Assembly (NCBI GenBank): GCA_964016885.1
Contig: OZ024740.1
Location: 151,714,001-151,778,000 of the forward strand
Reading direction: 5' to 3'
Length of the DNA stretch: 64,000 bases
Source of the DNA: Eledone cirrhosa
Taxonomy: Eukaryota
In this document: positions 41,976 through 55,650 of the stretch, piece by piece
Layout of the letters: each line of letters begins with the position of its first letter
How positions within the stretch are numbered: position 1 is the first letter of the stretch
Made by a program: the position numbers and the translations under genes
The notes under the pieces: model-generated
Databases searched by the model: none
The model's input: the letters and a program-made list of their open reading frames with translations, nothing else
What the model was told of the DNA's origin: nothing

Positions 41976-42975
41976 TGTTTCTAATAATCATTATTCTTTC
42001 AGTAGGGAGGCTTGTTGCCTCCGCTACCCGCTCTCCTTTAGTTTGTTTAGTGAGCGTGTCATCGTTACCTGTGGTAATGGCTTCCATTACCACAGCGTAG
42101 AGACAATCACAAGATTTTTAGGATGAAAAATTTCACACCAAAAGGGGTGAAATAAATTAACCCTAATGTCCGAGGACCCAGGAAAGAGGGTTAATTAACA
42201 CAATAACGCAAGAATACAGACAAACACTTACTGTTAACACGTAATATCTCCAATAATCGAGGAGCCGATGTGAAGAACGTCTATGCGATCCGGAGATAGA
42301 TAGATTAGTGGTTGGTGTAGTTACTTACTAAAGAAATTCCCGATGTATACCTTCTTTCCTATAAAGTCTTCTGTGTAAAACTGTGGACGGAAACTCTTTA
42401 ATTTTCCTGCTTTGTACTTCTTGTCAAGTAAAATACATGACTTGTCTCCCGGTTTATTGTCACTACCTATTTCCTGAAAGATTTTAGTAGACTCAACTCT
42501 TTTGGAAGCATTAAGTCCAGGCCTTTTGTTAGAGATTCATGGTGTATTGTAATGAAACCTGATAACTGCACAAATATTTTTGGCAACTTCCATGACTCAG
42601 TGTTTGGTATTTTCTTAAACTGAGATTCATTTGTAATTGTTGCTTGCAACATAATCTCCATTTACTTTATAAGTGCATGTTGTACAATGTGTAAACTTAC
42701 TGCACAAAGTTAAATTTCGAATTACACAAGCAGAGGTCCAATGCATGTTAAAATAATCACTATAGATAATAACTGGATATCTTGATGCGCTGTTTCCTAA
42801 TAGAGCACCCCATAAGTCATGGTTACCTACCAGGGTGAGACGGTGAGAACGTCATGAATGATAGACTTCCACCTCTGATTTAAAAACAAAACAAATGATA
42901 TATGGACACACATAAACAAACACTCCCACGCCCACACACGCTCACATATACACACACGCGCTCACACACGCATAG

Positions 42976-43022
<47 letters not shown>

Positions 43023-43044
43023 AATAAATAAATATATATATATA

Positions 43045-43286
43045 TGTAGAAGTTATATTTAATTTCTGGGGTACAACAAACAAATATTTTTATAACTGAT
43101 AAAAAGTACTCAAGTTATTGGAGTAAAAATACAATATATTAACAAATGGAAACAATATTTATAAAATTGATCTATATTATATTCTATCTGATGAAAGCGC
43201 ACCATAATTTGCTTTGGTGTCCTTGAAATATATATAATGAAATAAATATGGTTTTATGAATATAGTTTCCATTAGTTAATATATTG

Positions 43287-43290
<4 letters not shown>
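43045..43290 (+). mobile_element. Naiad-type terminal fold-back element with hammerhead at 43180-43244
   Basis: tattctat-CTGATGA-aagcgcacca..tggtgtcctt-GAAA-TATATA-TA-atgaaata; short inverted arm plus ~90 bp extension. Confidence 0.82.
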
Positions 43291-43328
<38 letters not shown>

Positions 43329-44534
43329 TTGTATATATAGGGCATTGGCTATAATCGTGATATGCAGATGTCGGGATCTAACAACCAAGTACTCGGCTTG
43401 GGTGGCTTATGCCAATTAAATATTAGGGGTCGTATCATCCATCAAACTTCTAGTTTAACCCGGACTTCAATTTAAGTAATGATAATCTATATTAATATAA
43501 AAAATATCACAGCGGATGGCGCGGATTCGCCATCCTAAACCTCGACTAAACTGATTCTCCCCCAAGCAACAAATGTCATTTAGGAAATATATATCTTTTC
43601 TGTTTTCTTCCTGGATTAAAAGGTTGTCATTAATCATACTGCGTGGGACAGTTGAATAGATAGACAGAAAAAAAGAAAGAAATATAAATAGATAGATAGA
43701 TAGTTAGATAGATAGATAGATATATAGATAGATAGATAAATAGATAGATTATTGGTGAAGATAATCATTTCAAATATTCCATTTTCTCCTACAGCCCATA
43801 CTAATCCCATCAAATACAAAAATATGACTTGCGTATAATCTTAGCATTCTAATGTCATCTTTATTTATTTCCTTCCTTCCTTATTTTTTCTTTCTTCCTT
43901 TCTTTCTTCTTCGCCACCACCATCATCATCAACATTATTATTATCATTATTTTTGGAAATCTCAGGCACTTAGATACTAAACGATCTGCATATTTCAGTT
44001 AGAGAGTATTAAACAACAAGTTAACAAAGATCCTACACTACATTCTTTCTTGTGTCTTATATAGACAAGACTTTCCACCACAGCTGCATTCAGCTTCTTC
44101 GACCATCCTGTTTTGGCTGCAGTTGGGTGGTGACCGGGCCCATGCTGTTCACCCATGGACACCTGTCGAGCGAAACACCTCCATCATTACTGTCTCCAGC
44201 ATCATTCACGCTGTTATTTCTATTCAATTGTTTTTCTATTTCACTCAAAATGAGGTCAGTATTGATGATGTGCCATAACCACCAGTATTTTCTTTTTGGA
44301 GACAACACCTCTAGAGGTTGTTTTACACAACTGAAAGTGGTTCTCAGACTATAAAGTTGAGGTGAGCTATTCTGCGCTGGATACCAACCCAATACTCTAT
44401 ACTCAGCATCATTATTCTTGTTTACTTGTTTCCGTGCCCTGTACATCTTGTTATTGTTATTATTATAACTGCTGCCGTTACTTCTGTTTTTATTGCTGCC
44501 CTTTTTTGTTTCTCCTGTCATTATCATGTTGGAC

Positions 44535-44913
44535 ACATCAGAATGGGTTGAAGAGAAGCAATTTCTTCTTCAGCGAAGCCCTGATTAACTTTTTCAGGTT
44601 TCACTTGAAGAGGAAAATCAGGGAGGAGAGGGAAGTGCTGTTTTCCAAGTAGTTTGTTGAAAGGTGGAAGAGAGAAGCGTGCAATGCTCGCGTGGAAGAA
44701 GACAAATGTACGAGGGCATTTGCTCTAGCTGTCAAGGTTACCGTGGCTTTTTATGGACTTTCTTCGTATGTGACCTTCGGAATTTATTTTGTTTGAATGT
44801 TTACATACCTTGTTTTTTATTAAAACGTTTCATATGCGGAAACCCACACTGTAACGTCCTGTGCAGTCGTTAATGTTTTCTTAATATGAGCCCTGTATGG
44901 CTAATAAAGAAAT
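44535..44913 (+). mobile_element. 3' end of a Tx1-like LINE
   Basis: GLKRSNFFFSEALINFFRFHLKRKIREEREVLFSK resembles the ORF2 C-terminus at 36946; ends AATAAAGAAA. Confidence 0.75.
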
Positions 44914-45271
44914 CATTAGCATATATATTGTTACATTTGTCGTAGTAATTTATGTAGCTTTTGTTGTTAATGTTTACTTCTGTTGTAATAGTGCTGGCGG
45001 CTATTGTGTTGTTATACGACTAATCATCGCTAGTAGTAATAATAGCTACAATGTCTCCAGGTGATTTTGTTTCCTTGGTGCTGGAGTAGGGGTAGTGGTG
45101 GCGGTGACGGAGTAATGACTGTAGTGGTGATAGAATATTGGGTGTTATTACTGTTCTTGTGATTTGTCTGGGTTTAGTTCCCTGGTCATAGCAACAGGGT
45201 GATGTCTATGTGTTCGTCTATGCGGCCAAATCCAGCCTGTTATTGCTACGAAAGTTGACATCTGACTTCTG

Positions 45272-45565
45272 CTTAACTTTGCCTTTCATCCTTACGGGGT
45301 CGATAAAATAAAGTACCATGAATGCACTGGGTAATTGCTGGCCTTGTGCGAAAAGTAGAAACAATTATTATGGCGGTGGATTGGCAGTATCGGTAGAGGG
45401 TCTGACGCCATGCTTTGCAGCAAAGAGTTACGGCCCTTTATGGTCTGAGATTTAATCACGCCGAGAGTGACTTTGCTTTTCATCCTTACGGGAGTCAATA
45501 AAATAAAGTTACAGTAATACACTGGAATAATTGCTGGCCTTGTGCCTATAGTAGAAATCATTATT
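45272..45565 (+). mobile_element. Two tandem Octopus-type SINEs
   Basis: Same consensus as 13033. Confidence 0.85.
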
Positions 45566-45573
45566 TTGAAAAT

Positions 45574-47340
45574 AAACTAGTTGCACTTTTCCGGAGAACT
45601 TTCAGTCCAATGATAACTTCCAGAAATCTTTAGCTTGGTAGTGCTACCGAGGAGCATTGCCAGTTCAAGATAAATTCTACTGTCATGGAAGTACTTCAGC
45701 TTGGTTTCTCTGAGATGCGCGCAGAACTACGAAACCGTCCTGCACGCACTCGTCCAGTGTCCGAGAATTGCTGACTTGTGGGTATAAGTCGAATACTTGC
45801 TGTCACATGTTGGACGGATCCGACTATCAACTGAGTCCACTGTGAAGATCACCCCAACGTCTTCCTTTATAGGGGAAGGACAGGGAGTTTTTATCTGCCT
45901 GGTAGCCCTGGTGACAGAGGTCGTGTGGTGAACGCGCTTGAAACGGTTGCAGAGAAGCATTTGTCTCTTCGGCGAAGTTGAGTAGATCAGTCGTCAATAA
46001 TAGGTGGTGAGTGCTTTCAATCGGGACGTAGTAATGCTGATGAGAAAAGACAAGAACAAGGAGGAAGTTTTAAACAATTTCCGGCCTATACCTCTGCCCA
46101 ACACAGAGTTTTGGGCCAAGGTTCTAGTACTGATGTTATGGATCGAAATGAATACTCTGGTTGATGAGGCGCAGACATGTGCAATCCCGACCAGGTCCAT
46201 TAAGGTCAACCTCCATCCCATGCGATACAACATAGAGAAGATAGGAAGTGAACCTGGCTTCGGTGGGGCGCTGATCAATGTGCATCAATCGAAATCTTTC
46301 GATACAGTCGACCTGGAGGTTATCTTCTAGGCTGCCGGTTTTGCTCACGTCTTCAGAGGCAAGGTCATTGCAACGCACAGCGGCACCTGGTCAAAGTAAA
46401 TGGCCATATACCGAAACAATTCCGTATCACCCGCTCTGCCCGTCAAGGATGCACTCCCTCCTCCATTTAGTACGTACTGACTCTCGAGCCAATACTACGT
46501 AAGCTGGAGCTGTTGCAGGGCATCTCGCTGGAACCGGGATGAGGAAGAGCTTCGTCGACATATGCGGAAATAGAGGTAGTCGACAACCTCTTAGAGGAAT
46601 ATGAAAGGTTGATGGGAGCAATTATCATCTCCTGTAAAATTGGCATCTTGAAAGACAAATCCATGCCATTCAACAAAGCCGAGAGACGGATCGGTGAAGG
46701 TTTTCGGGCACTGGTTTTGTTCAAACTTCACGGTGGATAAGATCTGGGACAAGGTAACGAGTAGGATGGTCAATCTCACCCAGAAATTGGCCGAGGATTA
46801 GCTATCACTTAAATATCGGGTGGAAGTGGCGAATGTAGATATCATCTATTAACGCCTGGCCGTCGTACCCCCCCCCCCCCCAGTGCTTCGGAAGGGATAG
46901 GTTCCACTTGTGAGGCGTTCCATCTACTGCCAAATTTCTCTATGTGGAGGGCTAGGCATGCCGTGGTTAATGATGCGCAAAAATGCGCTTGTGAGTCAGG
47001 TTTTCCACAGTTCGTCACTTTGCTTGAGCTGCAGTCGTGTTTCAAGCAAAGAGCGAGAACAGGCACCTGAAATCTAAAATGTTGTGGGGCGTTCACAGCC
47101 ATGTGCCAATCAGGTAAGGCGGTCGGTGGAAATTCCAATCTAGCGTTCTACAGACGATTCCTTGGTGGGCAAGAGAAATGAAGTTTTACATTTTTTTAAA
47201 GCCGAGTGAATGTAGCGAGAATGACCCAAGTGTGTGGACCTATTCTGAACATGCGCCAGTAGGCCGAAGAGTTTCGAAAGGACAGGGGCACTTTCCTATA
47301 TTGCTCTTGGGGATTAGGGTGGTTTAGAATCTTTGGGGTT
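45574..47340 (+). mobile_element. Heavily deleted L1/Tx1-like LINE relative
   Basis: FRPIPLPNTEFWAKVL..AQTCAIP..IGSEPGFGGALIN..SKSFDTVD, homologous to 38312-39011. Confidence 0.85.
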
Positions 47341-47739
47341 CCTACATAACCCCTGGATGGTACACTCGTCTATTGGGGAATTACTTAATGAATATTTCCT
47401 ACTTAATGTATGAGAACAATATGATGGGCTTATATTGACGCTGGAAACAGCAGCCCAAACCGTCTAAATCAGTAAAAGGGTGTTGAAAGGAAAATGCAAG
47501 AAAGAAAGCAATAGCATAGACTATAAATCTAAACCTAACCTGCTCATCTTAAACCGGAATCAAAAAATAAAGAAAAAACAAAATGGCATTAAAGTTTTAA
47601 TCTCCTTTGTGTCAGCCGAGTGTTGAGTTCAGATGATCACGTGGTAATGTCAGACGTCATAGCGTCTGTTTGGATTCACTAGATGTAAGCTGTGTTTTAG
47701 CAGGCTGCTGCAGCTTATAATGATATATGATTGTATACG

Positions 47740-47777
<38 letters not shown>

Positions 47778-47822
47778 TAGATAAATAAATACACACACAC
47801 ACACTCGCCCAACCACACTCAA

Positions 47823-47910
<88 letters not shown>

Positions 47911-47924
47911 ACACACACATATAT

Positions 47925-47988
<64 letters not shown>

Positions 47989-48376
47989 ATACACATATAT
48001 CAGTATATCATTTCATATAGACATATTTTAAAATATTTCTCTGCGTGTGTATATGCTTATATTTTATAATAGACATAAGCAGAATAAAATGATGGCGTCT
48101 TTAGATTAGCATGAATTTTGGAGATTATTCCGAATTATTATCACTGAATGAATAGTTCTCTAAAAAAAATATTAAAAAATAGAGAATGCTTTTCTTTTGT
48201 TTTTAGAATTTTTATCATTTTACTGTCTGCATGCTATCTAACATACGGCTTACTTATGGCTTGTCTATTAAATCATACAATATATGTGTTCACTATTAGA
48301 TTCATACATATATACATATGTGCACACACATGTATATGTAATGTATATATATATACATCCATATATATATATCTAC

Positions 48377-48407
<31 letters not shown>

Positions 48408-48410
48408 CAT

Positions 48411-48554
<144 letters not shown>

Positions 48555-48561
48555 GTATACG

Positions 48562-48613
<52 letters not shown>

Positions 48614-48633
48614 TATATATGTGTGTATGTATA

Positions 48634-48685
<52 letters not shown>

Positions 48686-48707
48686 TATATATGTGTGTAT
48701 GTATATA

Positions 48708-48818
<111 letters not shown>

Positions 48819-48829
48819 ATATATATACC

Positions 48830-48861
<32 letters not shown>

Positions 48862-49544
48862 GCTACTTATCGTCTATTCAAATTTCGCTTACACTTCACT
48901 TTCTTAATGTTTAAGTTAGAATTGTTCTTCAGCTACATTCTTCTTCAGGAACTCTGGCAATTTTTTTCTCATTTCATTGACATATAACACCTTTCCAAAA
49001 CTTTACTATTCATCTAACAATCAGACCATTCATTTACACATCTGTGCAGACAACCGCTTAACCAGACAAACTGTCAGCTAGTCAGTCGTCTCTACGTGCA
49101 TTGTATCCTTTTATAAAAGTCCCCATTAACGATTACATTGATATTCTCAGATCGTCGTGCCATATAGTGTTTTTTAAAAAAATGAGTGTATGTATATATG
49201 AGAAAAGTCAAGAAGGAAAAACAACACCGAAGAAAAACAGAGTAGAATGACGATATACATCCGTTTAAGCCTTGATATAGCAGTAAAAGAGTTGTAAGGT
49301 TTCGGAACTTAGTCCTTCATCGGAAGATAAATTTAGAGAAACAAGAATGAAAAAGATAAACGAGTGTAGTAAGAAAAGGAGGAAGCTGGAAAATATCAGT
49401 TTTCATGAGAAAAGCATGTGTGTAGTTAAATATATAAGTATGTATATATATGTGTGTACTATGAAACAATGAATAAATAGACAGGTGGACGAGAGTCAGA
49501 AAAGTTCCAAATGTTTTTCAGTAGAAATCGTGACTAGTTAGTAT

Positions 49545-49631
<87 letters not shown>

Positions 49632-49634
<3 letters not shown>

Positions 49635-49712
49635 GAAGGAGTTGTGGTAAGGAACCAGATGGACCATAATGCAGCAGAGTACTCAATACTTAGGGTAGTA
49701 GAGTGGGTAATA
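49632..49712 (-). mobile_element. Family G extension-only fragment in (TA)n
   Basis: Matches 13646-13727. Confidence 0.75.
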
Positions 49713-49850
49713 TAAACATATATATATATGTGTGTAGGTAGACAGTTAATTCATTGTTTTACGATCGTTTCAGCCCCCACCACGATTGCGATATATATAT
49801 ATATAATATGTGTGTATGTGTGTGTGTATGTGTGTATGTGTATGTGTGTG

Positions 49851-49888
<38 letters not shown>

Positions 49889-50132
49889 CTTAAGAAAAAT
49901 AACAAAGAGAGTATAAGACAATGAACGAAAAATAATTTTTTAAGAGGAAACCTTAAATAACTTAGAATTAAAATACAAACGAAAGACACAGAACTCCAGT
50001 GTCATCGGACATTGACGTGGACTTTGGCAGCTTCGACCGCTAACAACGACACTGGTGGCCCACCCGGAGTCACAGCGTCTGACATAAACCACACGCTGTC
50101 CAATTGCGTAACAAACGTGAGATATAACATTA

Positions 50133-50310
50133 ATTGTTTCTACTTTAGGTACAAGGCCAGCAATTACCCAGTGCATTACTGGTACTTTATTTTATCGACC
50201 CCGTAATGATGAAAGGCAAAGTCAACCTCGGCGGGATTTGAACTCAGATCGTAAAGGGACGTAACTATGCTGGAAAACATGGCGTCAAACCCTCTACCGA
50301 TACTGCCAAG
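50133..50310 (-). mobile_element. Octopus-type SINE
   Basis: Reverse complement of the consensus. Confidence 0.9.
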
Positions 50311-50605
50311 CTGCAAGTACACATAGAATTTTATGTGACGTCAGGGAAAAAGGTTACTGCTTCTTATAGAAGGAGAGTCATGAATGAAACAAAGAAAAAA
50401 TAAAACAAGAAAGGAAGAAAAAAAAGCAAGAAAAAGAAAATAAGATATCATGTTAAAAATTGTGTCATTGCAATAAATGGGAGAGAAGAGATAACATATT
50501 CGTGACATTAGTATTGATAAACTTAAGAAAAATAACAGAGGACAAGACAACGGATGAAAAATATGTATATATGTATGAGTTTATGTGTGTGCGTGTGTGT
50601 GAGTG

Positions 50606-50707
<102 letters not shown>

Positions 50708-50815
50708 TGTCTGTGTGTGTGTGTGTGTAAATGATTTAGGTTGATATAGAATAATGTTGACCTCGCTGTATCATAACAGTTGAACGACAATTTGGTACGA
50801 AATTAGATTTAAATA

Positions 50816-50822
50816 TCTTCTT

Positions 50823-50858
<36 letters not shown>

Positions 50859-50965
50859 TTCTTCTCTTCTTCTTTTTCTTCTTTTTCTTCTTCTTCTTCT
50901 TTTTCTTCTTCTTCTTCTTCTTCTTCTTCTTCTTCTTCTTCTTCTTCTTCTTCTTCTTCTTCTTT
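50816..50965. repeat. (TTC)n microsatellite
   Basis: Direct reading. Confidence 0.95.
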
Positions 50966-51188
50966 CCTGAGACATTCTCAGCACAACCTCTAATATTGGG
51001 GCTGAAATCTACCAATGTGGAGAATTAGCTGCTCTACTGGGAACGAGTTTTGATCAAGCTATGCACTCTGAGGAGTAACTTTACTCCAGAGTCCTTTCGT
51101 TTTTATTCGCGGTCGTATTATTTTAGTCATTACCGAAGATTCATGTTCATATGTAAGGGTTGGCACTTCTTCCGATTACCGAATACTG

Positions 51189-51228
<40 letters not shown>

Positions 51229-51705
51229 GATATTAACAAATGGAAACTATATTTATAAAGCCATATTTATTTCATTATACATATTTCAAAGACACCAAGT
51301 TAAATTATGGTGTGCTTTCATCAGACAAAATATAATATAGATCAGTTTTATAAATAAATATTGACATACCCTTAAAAAATGCAACCATTACTGTTGGAAG
51401 CTCCCGGATAGTGGAGTTGTTTAATTATATTATTATTAGTATTGGATATTTTTATTTTTAAAATAAGCCGTTGGGTTACAGAGAAAGAAAAAGATAAAGA
51501 AGGAGAGAGAGAAAGAGAGAGAGAGAGAGAAAAGACAGAGAGAGAGACCAAAAAAACAGAGAGAGAAAGATATATATAGAGAGAGAAGAGACAGAGAGAA
51601 GGAGAGAGAACGAAAAACTCTAAGTGGAGTTAACTTAACAATTGAGATGAAATGAATAAATAAAATTAGAAATGTTAATAATCATGAATGGAATATACAT
51701 ATATA

Positions 51706-51891
51706 ATTGTTTCTACTTTAGGCACAAGGCCAGCAATTACCCAGTGTATTACTGGTACTTTATTTTATCGACCCTGTAAGGATGAAAGGCAAAGTCAACC
51801 TCGGCGGGATTTGAACTCAGATCGTAAAGGGACGTAACTATGCTGGAAAGCATGGCGTCCGACTCTCTACCGATACTGCCAATCCACCGCC
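51706..51891 (-). mobile_element. Octopus-type SINE
   Basis: Reverse complement of the consensus. Confidence 0.9.
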
Positions 51892-53054
51892 CTTATATAT
51901 AATATGAGAAATTAAGCAGTGTTTAAATATGATTAGATATTTAGTTAATCATTTAAAAATTGAGATCAATATATTAAACATTGGGATCTATACATTAAGA
52001 AATCCATATATTACTAGAGAACTACATATCATATAACACGTATACACACGCAAACATACATATAAATATATATACACACTTATAAAATACATAACATATC
52101 TAACTACGTATATAATATATACACACAAAGCATAAAGGATTCTTTAATTTAATTTAAGATATAGGAATCTTAAAAATGTTATAATTGTTAAGATATTAAA
52201 GGAAATGTTATGTTATACACGCTTTATGTTATTAAACAAACTTTTTTTTATATAAGTTTTATAAGATTACCTGTTATGTATTTATGGCTGTTATTATATG
52301 TCTATCTGTCACGAATCTTGGGATAATCACTATACATAAGTGCAATCAAATTGTATGGATATACACGCACACGCATATACACAATTCTCACATATACATA
52401 TATATACATGTGTGTGTACCCTCAGCCAATAGGTAGATATGCATCACGCATACATATAGATACAGACAGACATACATTCATAAAAACGCATAAAACATAT
52501 GTACATGTATGTCAATACACACATATACATATATACTCACATATAGAGAGAAGTATATATAAATACATAAATACATATAGAGAGATGTATATATAAATAC
52601 AGTACATAGTATAATTGAGTACATAAAATACAAAAGAATTATATTACAATTTGGAAATATAATTATAAGCAATATAACTTTAAAAGCAATACAATTTTTA
52701 AATATTATAGAATATCTAAGTTATAATTTCAAAATAATAGTAAGTTTAATAGATTTAGTATAGAAATTTATCTTATGTATATTTAACTCACAATTTTGAA
52801 AGGATAAACTTTCGAAAATAGAAGCTATCAGAACAATAAAAAAACAATTAAAAAAATAAGAAATAAGAAATATTTTCTCCTTTCAAGAGCTCTCAATATA
52901 TTTCTCTAGAATAGTTTATTATATTTATATTTATTTATATTTAGGAAGAAAAGTTATTTTTACTTGAGTGTATAATCAGTCAAAAAAGATGAAGGAATCT
53001 AATGATTTATCGACAGGTTCAATATATTAATAAAATTAATTAATTAATTATATA

Positions 53055-54060
53055 CTACATTTTAAATTTATATTTATATTTAAACGTTGAGTTTAATCTA
53101 TGTCTGCAGCAACTGAATAAATTATTCCTTAAGTTCAGGGAATTTTTGGTCTTTAATATAAAGAATATTTCCTCTATACAAAGATCGCAATTTTCTGAAG
53201 AGGAGTTAAAAGGAGTAGCTTTTGAAATAATATTCCAAATCAACGAATATTCAACGTTCTTTAGTTTTAGGTCCCATAATAGGCTAGATAGAGAAGTTGA
53301 AGATTTTTTGTTTGGATCTGTAAAAGAATTTTTATGATTATTGAAGCGGGATTTAAACTCTGTGGAAGTAGATCCCACATAATTAAATGAATTTAAATTA
53401 GATTTTACATTACAATTATATACTACATTTTTAGCTAAGCAATTGTTATTTAACGGACAGTTAGATTTATTTCTACAGTTACATTTATCAGATTGAATAT
53501 TGCTTGGGTTATTATTGGTATTTTGGTTAGGTTTTAAATTTCTATTATTAATTCTATTAATATTTTGCGCTAAATTTTTGGTGGAAGAATAAGTTAATTT
53601 TATAGTATGTCTATTAAAAATAGAGTAATATCTATGTGTTCTATGGAAGCATTTGTCAAGAGCTTTAAAAAATAGTTTAGCAATAGGGGTTTTAATATTT
53701 AATTAGAAAGGAGGAGCGAACCATAATATGTTCCTAGTTCTATTTCTTTTTCGGCTTTCGGAATTAATGTAAGGTTTTCTATTATAGTTATTAAAATTGT
53801 TACCATAGTTAAAATTGTTACGATTATGGCTAGTTGTTATATTATTATTATTATCGATGTATTTAATTTTATTTCTGTACCCAGCTCTACCTAACGCTTC
53901 GTTGTAATAATGTGCTTTTTCATCAAATATATTCTTATTAGCTGTAATTCTCGAAATTCGTTCTTGTACAGAGTTCACTATAGTATTTTTAACGGATCTG
54001 CGGTGATTAGAGTTAAAATTGACGTAACTTAAGTTCTCATTTAGTTTGTGAAATGGATAT
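53055..54060 (-). CDS. Naiad-type RT C-terminus + GIY-YIG, one frame interrupted only by an in-frame TAA at 53703-53705
   Basis: Manual translation of 53702-53379 is open and in frame with both supplied ORFs. Confidence 0.85.
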
Positions 54061-54100
54061 TTCATGTAATATTAGGGAGAGTTTGTGAAATGGATATTTC

Positions 54101-54525
54101 ATGTAATATTAGGGAGAGCACTCGACGTAATGCAACTGACCCGTCTTGGTTTGTGTTGTTGGTGGTGCGAGTACGGAGTTAATTATTATAAAATAACAGG
54201 AGGCTGGACTGGTGTAATTCCTTAAAGATTTATTATACTATGAACATTTCAATGACCGGGTTCAGTATGAATCCGGTGACATCATCAGGTATTCGAAATT
54301 TAACAAAGGAATGCGGCCGACCGAGCTAGAAATTGCTAAATGTTTGGCCGCCTTCTTGTCTCTTTGCCTTTTCGGCCCCATGGATTGTGTCTATTATATT
54401 CCTTTGTTAAATTTCAAATACCTGATGATGTCACCGGATTCATACTGAACCCGGGCATTGAAATGTTCATAGTATAATAAACCTTTAAGGAATTACACCA
54501 GTCCAGCCTCCTGTTATTTTATAAT
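54101..54525 (+). mobile_element. Fold-back family B with two hammerheads (54235-54292 minus, 54418-54474 plus)
   Basis: Arms ~54185-54312 / ~54398-54525; tac-CTGATGA-tgtcaccgg..ccgggcatt-GAAA-tgttca-TA-gta. Confidence 0.87.
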
Positions 54526-54542
54526 ATATATATATATATATA

Positions 54543-54617
54543 CAGGTTGTCCCCCAAAACTGTATTCACACTTGTATTAGAATGCTGTTGTGTGTGTACA
54601 TTTTTAGGGACACCTTG
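54543..54617. mobile_element. Tiny Tc1/mariner-like MITE
   Basis: TA|CAGGTTGTCCCCCAAAA ... TTTTAGGGACACCTTG|TA. Confidence 0.6.
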
Positions 54618-54638
54618 TATATATATTATATCTATATC

Positions 54639-54665
<27 letters not shown>

Positions 54666-54669
<4 letters not shown>

Positions 54670-55609
54670 TTTCCTTCCTTTTATGTTTTTTTCCTTCCTT
54701 TTAATTTATCATAAATATCTTTTTTATGTCTTTCCACCACTCCCCTCACACCCTCAGAACTCTTTTCCTTCCCACTTTTCTCCTGATGAAGGGCTTAGTC
54801 CTGAAACTCGTCCCCTACCCCCCACTCTCAAGCATGAACCTAATATCACACTGTTCGTACTGCACTCTTTGTTATTGTTTCTGTTTTTTTGGTTTTTACT
54901 TATATATATATAGGGGACGACGTTTCAGGAGTAAGCCCTTCATCAGGAGAAAAGTGGGAAGGAAAAGAGTTCCGAGGGTGTGAGCGGGAGTGGTGGAAAG
55001 ACATTAAACATGGGGGGGGGATTAAAAGGAAGGGGAAAAAATTGAAAGGAAGGAAAAAAATTTAAATGAAAACAAGTGGTAAAAGGGTGTGAGATGTGTA
55101 GAGGTGGTGGTGAGTAGGTGGACGTTGGAGAGGGGAGAAGGAAACAGGGGTCTGAGTGGGGAGGGCGGAACGTGGTGTGTGTGTATGTGTGGATGTGAGT
55201 GTTAGAGTTTGGGGAAGAACGAGGTTCCATGTTCGAGTAATAGGAAAATCAGTGTGTACATGGGTTGGGGTGTAAATCAGTGTGTGTGGGCGTGTGGATG
55301 GAGAGGGGTCGGATGTAGTGGGGCAGAGTGGCGTGCGGAGTCCAGAGGCCGAACAGGTGTATGTGAGGATACGCACGTGCGTGTGTGTATTTTTGTGTGA
55401 TTTGGATACGTGGGAATGTATGGTTGCGTGTATGAGAAAATAGTGTAACTATTTGTGTGTGTGTGTGTTCCTGAATGTTTTCCCGGTGAATGCATGGAGA
55501 GATGGTGAAAAGATCCGGGTATAAAAAGGTGGATGTCCAGAGCGTGTGACCAGTGATGTAGGATCCGTGGAATTGATGAATGGAAGTAGAAAGTTATATA
55601 TATAGAAAG

Positions 55610-55610
<1 letters not shown>
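54666..55610. mobile_element. Two tail-to-tail copies of a PLE 3' UTR-like family with hammerhead cores (54783-54812 plus, 54916-54946 minus)
   Basis: CTGATGA-agggcttactcct-GAAAC-GTC-GTC; copies converge on (TA)n at 54901-54912; stem I not evident. Confidence 0.7.

Positions 55611-55645
<35 letters not shown>

Positions 55646-55650
<5 letters not shown>

Larger units (their letters stand above)
36787..42300 (-). mobile_element. Full-length, frameshifted L1/Tx1-like LINE
   Basis: ORF1 zinc knuckle CYLCGGRGHLRAAC; APE (GCLNARGL, VGDWN, SDH); RT (FRPITLLN, KAFDSVDH, YADDV); C-terminal CPRC..ETVAHALVHC; 5' limit approximate. Confidence 0.92.
51228..54060 (-). mobile_element. 5'-truncated Naiad-type PLE ending in (TA)n, with hammerhead at 51268-51332
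   Basis: RT thumb (YPFHK..YVNFNSNH), KCNCRNKSNCPL, YVGSTSTEFKSRFNNH, CDLCIEE, SCCRH; terminus matches 61415; SINE inserted in the 3' UTR. Confidence 0.88.

Noticed and set aside
42310-42700. Possible host exon or ORF 42467-42661
   Set aside because: No recognisable domain or consistent splice structure
44090-44536. 148 aa minus ORF as an inverted LINE ORF1 segment
   Set aside because: Low complexity, with no motif I can tie to the adjacent LINE end
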